Below, one piece after another: positions 8,501 through 15,585 of a stretch of 31,629 nt of DNA. Source of the stretch: a virus (lineage: Duplodnaviria; Caudoviricetes); IMG/VR virus record IMGVR_UViG_3300027751_000037, positions 1 to 31,629 of that record; one strand, 5' to 3'. The notes beneath the pieces were generated by a model. It saw only the letters and a program-made list of their open reading frames with translations, had not been told where the DNA came from and did not search any database. Positions within the stretch are counted from its first letter, which is position 1. Each line of letters begins with the position of its first letter. A program made the translations under genes and the position numbers.

Positions 8501-9165
8501 ATGGCGGCACAGGAAGTGCAATTAGTGCATTAGCTGCGAAACATGGTTTAGGCTGGGGCGGCGATTGGGAAAGTGCAACAGATGCTATGCATTTTAGTGC
8601 TGCGGTATCTGAAGGCGGAGAATTAGATTGGCCTAGAAACGGTTTGGTTCCTGGTGGTAATCCGCCAGCACCTAAAGAAGAAAGTACTAGCACAGACGCT
8701 CCAAGGGCGCCTGATCAGATATCTGGGACTTCTGATACTACTGATGAAACTGGCGGCGTTGCAAACGTTCGACCTAAGCCTTCTGGGCAAAGTGGAAGAC
8801 AGTGGATAAGACAGTATGGAGCAACTCATAATCCAGATGGTACACCGAAACAAAGTTATGTTGACAGTGCTATTAGACGTGTAAGCGGAACTACTTCTTT
8901 GACAGCATCAGAGTATGCGGCGTATCAGCAAAACTTCCAATCAAGTGCATTTAGTGAATCAACTCTTAGACCATATTTCCCAACAGAAGCACGTGATGAT
9001 TTATATGATGTACAAGCAGGAGATAAAATTAGAGCTATTGCTAATTTTTATACAAACCAGGGTGTAGAAACAACTTCACCTGTAACTAGAACACAGTCCG
9101 GTATCACTTATAACGAGTTCGGAGATCCGGTATATACTGGTAACAACGGCACAACAGCAATATAG
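5530..9165 (+). CDS. Baseplate hub-like tail protein with fused M15-family zinc peptidase
   Basis: Lies between gp53 and gp5. Hub-type motifs LEIWGDPYF and FSGVYQVITVNSKISGNKFTQTLELVR. Peptidase motifs R...SYHASGLAIDIN and WGGDW...DAMHF at about 8278-8600. Confidence 0.8.
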   Translation: MIDPKKIIQNKAQTLANNFSDPLENINATEVFGDMKNVTSQVFDASSSMSVLSDPFSKIDVPGLATNLESLGQKIPALADVEDPSAIFPPGLNAFANGFGGAAASKAEALVEQVIPAVKGMNVGEINSAVTDALDSVSNGIVNAIEEEVEKFQEKHKDTVRGEKSSPEPEPKAPGVTLKNPLRSFNSYNAIFSLGVLTADSANNPSQTYITNGADFTILRSGGGGIDDKRIQSIYDTVGNEGGNTEYFIDDFDMSAVVASNTKTGATQAINFSFTVKEPYSMGVFLQALQAGAFDAGFENYLQAPYLLELDFVGWDDDGGKPIAYSNRKLPFKLTSIEFDVESGGSTYQVQCIPWNEQSFSQDVQELQDTISITGRDMVEILSIGEQSLSTVINEKLQHIANESCQPATDFYLVRFPTTREGDISVGTLRDAEFTNKATVSDSEAKSSRKGDQAAETTDEDGVTSFFKRLGVDTSSSALLESLKAGSIQDLNKIGASRMVTDFQEGGDNPFGLGLYAYDKEANIYKRNGVELTMSDELRTFKFTQGTPITKVIEELLLVSEYGRTALNRVDNKGEIEWFRIESKCYIIDDRAYENATGETPKVYVYDVVPYKVDASRFSAPNQANSGLIEKAKHTVKTYNYIYSGQNEDVLGFDIKFNAAFFQAIRMDMGQLSASDVVNDREKNVTTPRHPTLGPPRDGTGIPEGRTRSVMKTGNFNGGSYNKQYGEELAKMFHNSLINSKVDLITAELEIWGDPYFIPDSGIGNYTSPRGGSKNITAGGAIDHQRNEIDVVMNFRTPVDYNQDGTMLFPGATVSVDSFSGVYQVITVNSKISGNKFTQTLELVRRRNQSTEGISEAKALIEKPGCPGLNPHPGWDGNVIGSDPQENTMNQNEVVESYGSNGELATIRSKNGKTTQVAKVYAENFQALIDELENDLGYEVRTLGGYVQRTSRGSASPSYHASGLAIDINAAENPMVRPRPEDGPEPTDMPDGGTGSAISALAAKHGLGWGGDWESATDAMHFSAAVSEGGELDWPRNGLVPGGNPPAPKEESTSTDAPRAPDQISGTSDTTDETGGVANVRPKPSGQSGRQWIRQYGATHNPDGTPKQSYVDSAIRRVSGTTSLTASEYAAYQQNFQSSAFSESTLRPYFPTEARDDLYDVQAGDKIRAIANFYTNQGVETTSPVTRTQSGITYNEFGDPVYTGNNGTTAI

Positions 9166-9172
9166 GAAACCT

Positions 9173-11566
9173 ATGGCACAAAGTAAAAGATCTAACCTTA
9201 AAAAATTAGAAAATATCGGCACAGGTCCGTATGAAGCCATAGTGGTTAGTAATCTTGACACTACTTATATGGGGTCATTAAAAGTTGATGTTTTAAAATC
9301 TAACACAGCAGGTAGTGTGCCAGAGCGTTTAGGTACTACAATCGAGGTTAGATATTTGTCACCATTTTACGGTGTTACAAATATAAGTCATGCTACAGCA
9401 AATGACGGTTATGCAAGTTCGCAAAAAAGTTATGGTATGTGGTTTGTACCGCCAGATGTTGGTGCAAGGGTAATGGTTATTTTTGCAGAAGGCGATGTAT
9501 CACAAGGATTTTGGATAGGTTGCGTTCAAGACAAATTTATGAACTTTATGATTCCTGATGGTAGAGCATCTACAGAACTTACAACACCAGGAACTCCGGA
9601 TAATATACAAGGGTTAAAATTGCCTGTTGCAGAATACAACAAAAGAGTTGAAAGCGGCACTGGTAGAGATCAAACTAGATATGCAAAACCCTACAACAAA
9701 GATTTTACTCAATCACTAGAAATACAAGGATTAATTAGAGACGAAAATAGAGGTACAACTACTTCAAGTGCTAGGCGTGAAATTCCTAGTTCTGTATTTG
9801 GTATTAGTACACCAGGACCAATAGACAAACGACCAGGTGCACCAAAAGGATTAGTTGGCGAGTCAGGATTAAAACATTCAAAATTTGTTAACAGACTTGG
9901 CGGCTCGAGCATAGTAATGGATGACGGTGATGATAAACTATTAAGAGTTTCTCATGCATCAGCAGGACCTCCTACATATGCAAATGTAGAAGCAGAAGAA
10001 CTTTATGGCAATCCAACTATTCCGCATAACGAATTAACAAGAATACGAACACGTACAGGGCATCAAATATTGATGCACAATTCGGAAGATTTTGTTTACA
10101 TTGCTAATAGTAGAGGAACAGCATGGGTTGAACTTACCAGTGATGGCAAAATTGATGTTTACGGAACTGACAGTATTTCAATTCATAGTGATGCAGATAT
10201 AAACTTAACAGCAGATAGAGATGTTAACATTGAGGGTGGTAGAAATGTTAATGTTAGAGCAAGTGCTAGATTTGATGGCTTTGCTGGCAACGGTACAGGC
10301 AACGTTTCTATTGAAAGTGCAACTGATACTAAAATGTTAGCAGAAGCAAACTTCTTAACAAATGTTAAAGGATACCAAGAAACTAAAGTTACAGGATACC
10401 AAAAAACGTTAGTAGAAGGTGATATACATCATCATACAAATACAAATTTATACATACTAGCAGATGCAGAAGGACATATAAAAGCTGGAACAAACATGCT
10501 TATTAATTCTGTAGAAACTCTAAACTTAGTAGGAAAAGCATCATACTTAACAGCAACAGAAGGCAAAATTAATATCAATGCTACAGGCGGCAACGTTGAT
10601 ATTGATGGCGCATCGGATATTAATTTAAACAGTGGTTCTTCAACAGCAGGCACAGAAGCTACAGACTCCGAAGACGCTGTAGACTTTACATATTTGCCAA
10701 AGTGGACAGTGCCAAAAACATCTCCAGGTACAGATATTGCATCAGACATAAGCACGTTTGTAAAAAGAATGCCAAGTCACGAACCGTATGCACACCACGA
10801 AAATTTAGATCCTATTATGTACAAGTCTATTAGGACAGATATTACAGAACCAACTAGTTTAGCAGATGGCGTATTACAAAGTAGTCCAGACACATTTAGA
10901 AAAAGTTTTGCTGGCGGAACAGCACAAGAGTCAGCAAGTGGCGCAGGGCCAACACCTGGTACAAGCGGAGTACAATCAGTAACAAGCGATGGTGGTGGAA
11001 AAGCACCACAGCAACGTTTTACAACAGTTGGACCAGACGGAAATATATTAGATATTATTGGCGAAGCTGAAGGCGCAGGATACAATACAGTATTTGGCGG
11101 AAGCAGAGTAAAACCTAGAGACTATTTTGGTAAAGATTTAACTCAACTTACAATTGATGAAGTTATTGAATGGCAAACGGAGTCAATAAGTCGAGGCTCA
11201 GCAAGCTCAGCTGCAGGTAAGTATCAGATTATTAAGAAAACACTTATAGACTTAGTAGATGGCAAAGGTGCTGCCTCGAGAACAGATAAATTTAACCAAG
11301 TAACACAAGACAAATTATGTAGGAAACTTCTACAAAGTAGAGGAATAGACGAATACTTAGCAGGCTCTAAATCAGAGCAAGCATTTTGTAGATCATTGGC
11401 ACAAGAATGGGCTAGTTTGCCAGTTACATATAGGCAGCCAGGTCAAAAACGAACAGTTAATCCTGGGGAAAGTTACTACGCCGGAGACGGCCTAAACAAG
11501 TCAAGAATTGCTCCAGCAAACTTTATTGCTTCTGTTAGAAATATTAAAGAAACTGGTTATACGTAG
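9173..11566 (+). CDS. gp5: Central spike protein (T4 gp5/VgrG-like) with C-terminal lysozyme-like domain
   Basis: OB-fold motif VPPDVGARVMVIFAEGD...FWIG, then RTRTGHQI, then beta-helix repeats (VKGYQETK/VTGYQKTL/VEGD). C-terminal IGEAEG...YN...SSAAGKYQ...QD...EWASLP resembles lambda R/GH104. Confidence 0.87.
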   Translation: MAQSKRSNLKKLENIGTGPYEAIVVSNLDTTYMGSLKVDVLKSNTAGSVPERLGTTIEVRYLSPFYGVTNISHATANDGYASSQKSYGMWFVPPDVGARVMVIFAEGDVSQGFWIGCVQDKFMNFMIPDGRASTELTTPGTPDNIQGLKLPVAEYNKRVESGTGRDQTRYAKPYNKDFTQSLEIQGLIRDENRGTTTSSARREIPSSVFGISTPGPIDKRPGAPKGLVGESGLKHSKFVNRLGGSSIVMDDGDDKLLRVSHASAGPPTYANVEAEELYGNPTIPHNELTRIRTRTGHQILMHNSEDFVYIANSRGTAWVELTSDGKIDVYGTDSISIHSDADINLTADRDVNIEGGRNVNVRASARFDGFAGNGTGNVSIESATDTKMLAEANFLTNVKGYQETKVTGYQKTLVEGDIHHHTNTNLYILADAEGHIKAGTNMLINSVETLNLVGKASYLTATEGKININATGGNVDIDGASDINLNSGSSTAGTEATDSEDAVDFTYLPKWTVPKTSPGTDIASDISTFVKRMPSHEPYAHHENLDPIMYKSIRTDITEPTSLADGVLQSSPDTFRKSFAGGTAQESASGAGPTPGTSGVQSVTSDGGGKAPQQRFTTVGPDGNILDIIGEAEGAGYNTVFGGSRVKPRDYFGKDLTQLTIDEVIEWQTESISRGSASSAAGKYQIIKKTLIDLVDGKGAASRTDKFNQVTQDKLCRKLLQSRGIDEYLAGSKSEQAFCRSLAQEWASLPVTYRQPGQKRTVNPGESYYAGDGLNKSRIAPANFIASVRNIKETGYT

Positions 11567-11568
11567 AG

Positions 11569-11576
11569 GGTAAATA
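11569..11576 (+). promoter_or_regulatory. Late promoter box (GGTAAATA)
   Basis: TAAATA at 11571-11576 in a 17-nt intergenic gap, 7 nt before the gp25 ATG. Confidence 0.62.
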
Positions 11577-11583
11577 TAACATA

Positions 11584-12030
11584 ATGAGTACTTTAGAAAA
11601 AAACATATACAAAAGGGTTAGCGTAGGCAGTTCTAAACAGCCTAGTAAGCCTGCCTCTAGCGCGGCTTATAGGTCTATAAGCACAGTTAATCCTGCAAAC
11701 GAAGGATATAGACTATATGATCTTGCTGTTATTAAGCAAGACATTATTAACCATTTTCATATTAGACAGGGTGAAAAACTTGAAAATCCTGAATTTGGCA
11801 CAATTATTTGGGACGTATTATTTGACCCATTAACAGAACAACTTAAAAGTGCTATCATAGAAAATGTAGAAGCTATTATTAATTACGATCCCCGTGTTGT
11901 TGTTGATAATGTTATTGTTGATACTTATGAAAGCGGTATACAAATCGAATGTACTCTTATATATTTAAACTACAGCATTGCTGAAGCCATGACATTACAA
12001 TTTGATAGAGACGCCGGCTTACTTGCTTAA
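11584..12030 (+). CDS. gp25: Baseplate wedge / sheath initiator (T4 gp25 / gpW family)
   Basis: IKQDIINHFHIRQGEKLENPEFGTIIWDVLFDP...INYDPRV is the gp25 family signature. Located between gp5 and gp6. Confidence 0.92.
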   Translation: MSTLEKNIYKRVSVGSSKQPSKPASSAAYRSISTVNPANEGYRLYDLAVIKQDIINHFHIRQGEKLENPEFGTIIWDVLFDPLTEQLKSAIIENVEAIINYDPRVVVDNVIVDTYESGIQIECTLIYLNYSIAEAMTLQFDRDAGLLA

Positions 12031-12056
12031 AAATAAAATACGTACATAACTGTTAT

Positions 12057-12065
12057 GAATAAATA
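12057..12065 (+). promoter_or_regulatory. Late promoter box (GAATAAATA)
   Basis: Intergenic TAAATA at 12060-12065, followed by a GAGG SD and the gp6 ATG. An identical 9-mer occurs at 30615. Confidence 0.7.
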
Positions 12066-12084
12066 CGTTATAAGAGGAAATTAG

Positions 12085-15000
12085 ATGTCAGCTACGGATA
12101 GACAAAATAAATTATTAGTTGCAGAGGATTGGAAAAAAGTATACCAATCTTTCCGCAATGCAGACTTTCAAAGTTACGACTTTGATAATTTAAGACGAAC
12201 AATGATAGAATACCTTAGGACTAATTATCCTGAGGATTTCAACGATTATATTGAATCAAGTGAATATCTTGCACTAATTGATTTAGTTGCATTTCTTGGA
12301 CAAAACTTGTCCTTTAGGATTGACCTTAACGCAAGAGAAAATTTCCTCGAACTTGCAGAAAGACGTGAATCTGTACTAAGACTAGCAAGATTACTAAATT
12401 ATAATCCTCGCAGAAATCAAACAGCAAACGGCTTGTTAAAGTTTACAGCAGTTAGTACAACAGAAGATTTATTAGATTCAAATGGTACAAATTTATCAGG
12501 ACAAACTATCCAATGGAATGATAGTACAAATGCTAACTGGTATGAACAGTTTATTAAAGTACTTAATACAGCACTACCTGTAAATGGTGTGTTTGGTAAG
12601 CCAAACAAAAGTGAAACTGTATCAGGTATATCTACAGACCAATACAGACTTAACGGTGTAAACACAGATGTGCCTGTATATGGATTTGAAAAACCTGTTG
12701 AAGGAAAAACTACTCCGTTTGAAGTTGTATCTACTGATATTCAAGACGGAAGTTTAGTTGAAGAAGCACCGGTTCCGGGAAACAACTTTGCATTTATGTA
12801 TAGAAATGACACACAAGGACCTGGTAGCAGTAACACAGGATTTTTTGCACACTTCCGTCAAGGTAGATTAGAAAGTGGACAATTTAATGTAGCACAGCCT
12901 ACACCAAATTCAACAGTATCAATAGACACTCAAAACATAAATGATTCAGATGTATGGTTATTTGGTCTAGATGGTAATAACAATGAATCTGATCTATGGA
13001 CTAAACTTGATGCTGTAGAAGGAAACAATGTAATCTACAATAGCATTAATAAAAAAATAAGAAATATTTACAGTGTACTAACAAGAGTTGATGACAGAAT
13101 TAATTTAGCTTTCTCAGATGGTGTATTTGGTAATTTACCAAAAGGAAACTTTAAAGCATATTATAGAACGAGTGAAAATAGAAACATGGTTATTACACCG
13201 GGTGCTATAAACAATATTGCTATTAATTTCCGTTACCTAAGTAAAAAAGGTAGAGTACAAACGCTTACCCTTACAATGGGTTTACAAACAACTGTATCAA
13301 ATAGTTCAAGAAGCGAAAGCAATCAAAGTATTAAACAAAACGCTCCGGCAACATACTATACTCAAAACAGAATGGTTACAGGCGAAGATTATAATGTTGC
13401 ACCGTTAGGAGTTAGCCAAGAAATTGTAAAAGTAAAAAGTGTAAACAGAACATCAAGTGGTATTTCAAGATACTTTGACTTGATCGATTCAACTGGAAAA
13501 TATAGTAATACTAACTTATATGGTAACGATGGTGTTCTGTATAAAGAGTATGTAACAAATAAATCTAGTTTTAATTTTACTACACAAACAGATATTGAAG
13601 GCATCATTATAAACAATATTGAGCCTATTCTAGCAGATCAAAAAGTTAAACATTATTATCTAGATAAGTTTCCAAAAATTAATACATTTGATTTAAACGT
13701 ATTTTGGAATGTTGTAAGTGAAGACACAAATACATTTACAGGAAATTTCCAATCAACAGACGGAACTGGATATAATGTTGGCACATTTACAACAAACAGT
13801 TTAAAATATATCGAAGCAGGTACGGCAGTTAAATTCCAAGCACCTGAAGGCTTCCACTTTATGCAAGATGGTTCGCTTATGGCAGGCGCCGCAGATCATC
13901 CAGGAAGTTCAATATACAAGTGGACAAAGGTTGTAGCGGTTGCAGGCAACGGGCTAACAGTAGGGTTGTCGGATACACAAGGTGCTATTGCATTAGCAGA
14001 CAAAATACCAAGCCTATGTAGACTTATACAAATTCGTCCTAAACTAGCAAGTAGTCTTATAGATGATGTAAAAGTAGAAATTATTGATCAGACTTTTGCA
14101 TACAATGACTTTGGTTTACGTTATGATGATGTTAACAGAGTTTGGAGATTAATTAAAGCAAGTGATCTTGATAAGAGGAGTAATTTTAGTACAGGGTTTG
14201 CAGGCAATGTAAGTAACGGAAATCTTGATGCAAGTTGGTTGTTGTTATTTGAAACAAACGGCGAAACATACAAAGTAACTTACAGAGGTTTAAGATACGT
14301 ATTTGAAAGTGATAGAGAAATTAAATTCTACTACGACAGTGGTGATAAAATTTATGATTCACAAACCGGTAAAACAATTAAAGACAAAGTAAGTATTTTA
14401 AGTATTAATACACAGCCTGACAGCACAGCGCCATTTACAGATAATTTTGATTTTGATATCTTAGAGTCTTATAGAGATAAAGAAGGGTACGTAGATACTA
14501 AAAAGATAGAAATAACTTTTGCTGATAAAGATGCAGATGGTATTATTGACGACCCTGAACTATTTTTACATATTGTTGATGAAGCCACAGCACCATTAAC
14601 AAAACTTATTATACACGAAAAATATTTTACAGAAGCAGGTGTTGAAGATTTTAGATATATTGATGCTTCTAATATACAAATTTTAGAATCGCAAACAGCA
14701 ATACAACCGTTAAGCACATATACAAATGGACAATTATTTTACTTTAGAGATGCAGACGTATTTAAAAAGTTAAATGCAACAACACTTGAATTAGAAACTA
14801 ACAGTGACTACAAAGCGTTTGTTGGTAGAGACAAGTTAAAGTTCCATTATGTGCATGTTGCAGATACTAACAACAGAATAGATCCAAGTGCAAGTAATAT
14901 AATTGATACATATATGCTTACAAAAACATATGACAGAAATTATAGACTTTATTTAGATGGACAACTTACACAAAAACCGTTACCACCAAGTTCAGATGAA

Positions 15001-15585
15001 CTGTTTAGGTCCTACGGTGTTGAGCTTAATAAAATAAAATCTATTAGTGACGAAGTTGTTTACCATCCTGTGAAATACAAAGAATTATTTGGTAGTGCTG
15101 CAAAGTCAGATTTGCAAGCAACATTTAAATTAGTAAAAAATCCAGGTGTTGTACTAAACGATAATGATATTAAAACAAGATGCATTGAAGCAATTAACCA
15201 ATATTTTGCTTTAGAAAATTGGGACTTTGGAGATACTTTTTACTTCCAAGAATTAGCAACTTATATTATGAACAGAATTGCTCCTGACTTAGTGAGTGTA
15301 GTAATTGTTCCAAATCAAATTACACAAGGGTTTGGAAGTTTGTTTGAAATAAGAAGCGAAGTTGATGAAATTTTTATTAATAGTGCAACTGTTGCAAATA
15401 TTGAAATAATAGATCAAATTACAGCAACTAGATTAAACGCATCAAGTAACGTTGTTACTTCAAGCGAAACAACAAATACTGGTATAACAAGCTCTGCTTC
15501 GTTTACTAGTTCAAACAGTTCAAACAGTTCAAACAGCAATAGCTCAAACAACAGCGGATCAAATAGTGGAGGAAGTTACTACTAA
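12085..15585 (+). CDS. gp6: Baseplate wedge subunit (T4 gp6 / baseplate J-like), enlarged
   Basis: DFDNLRRTMIEYL...DFNDY.ESS...ENFLELAERRESV.RLA..LNY, FSDGVFGNLP and ES..SIKQNAP..Y.TQNRMVT.EDY are gp6 hallmarks. Follows gp25. Confidence 0.9.
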   Translation: MSATDRQNKLLVAEDWKKVYQSFRNADFQSYDFDNLRRTMIEYLRTNYPEDFNDYIESSEYLALIDLVAFLGQNLSFRIDLNARENFLELAERRESVLRLARLLNYNPRRNQTANGLLKFTAVSTTEDLLDSNGTNLSGQTIQWNDSTNANWYEQFIKVLNTALPVNGVFGKPNKSETVSGISTDQYRLNGVNTDVPVYGFEKPVEGKTTPFEVVSTDIQDGSLVEEAPVPGNNFAFMYRNDTQGPGSSNTGFFAHFRQGRLESGQFNVAQPTPNSTVSIDTQNINDSDVWLFGLDGNNNESDLWTKLDAVEGNNVIYNSINKKIRNIYSVLTRVDDRINLAFSDGVFGNLPKGNFKAYYRTSENRNMVITPGAINNIAINFRYLSKKGRVQTLTLTMGLQTTVSNSSRSESNQSIKQNAPATYYTQNRMVTGEDYNVAPLGVSQEIVKVKSVNRTSSGISRYFDLIDSTGKYSNTNLYGNDGVLYKEYVTNKSSFNFTTQTDIEGIIINNIEPILADQKVKHYYLDKFPKINTFDLNVFWNVVSEDTNTFTGNFQSTDGTGYNVGTFTTNSLKYIEAGTAVKFQAPEGFHFMQDGSLMAGAADHPGSSIYKWTKVVAVAGNGLTVGLSDTQGAIALADKIPSLCRLIQIRPKLASSLIDDVKVEIIDQTFAYNDFGLRYDDVNRVWRLIKASDLDKRSNFSTGFAGNVSNGNLDASWLLLFETNGETYKVTYRGLRYVFESDREIKFYYDSGDKIYDSQTGKTIKDKVSILSINTQPDSTAPFTDNFDFDILESYRDKEGYVDTKKIEITFADKDADGIIDDPELFLHIVDEATAPLTKLIIHEKYFTEAGVEDFRYIDASNIQILESQTAIQPLSTYTNGQLFYFRDADVFKKLNATTLELETNSDYKAFVGRDKLKFHYVHVADTNNRIDPSASNIIDTYMLTKTYDRNYRLYLDGQLTQKPLPPSSDELFRSYGVELNKIKSISDEVVYHPVKYKELFGSAAKSDLQATFKLVKNPGVVLNDNDIKTRCIEAINQYFALENWDFGDTFYFQELATYIMNRIAPDLVSVVIVPNQITQGFGSLFEIRSEVDEIFINSATVANIEIIDQITATRLNASSNVVTSSETTNTGITSSASFTSSNSSNSSNSNSSNNSGSNSGGSYY
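15508..15549 (+). repeat. In-frame 9-bp tandem repeat encoding the Ser/Asn tail of gp6
   Basis: AGTTCAAAC x3 (15508-15534) plus a variant AGCTCAAAC (15541-15549), encoding SSNSSNSSNSNSSN. Confidence 0.85.

Noticed and set aside
10364-10423. 24-nt-period DNA repeat (GGATACCAA twice)
   Set aside because: Explained by the ordinary VxGxxxxx octapeptide beta-helix repeat of gp5-type spikes.
4334-15585. Bacterial contractile injection system (eCIS/T6SS/tailocin) as the source
   Set aside because: The flanking gp55-gp47-gp46 genes, late promoter boxes and T4-type gp6/gp25 point to a lytic phage genome.
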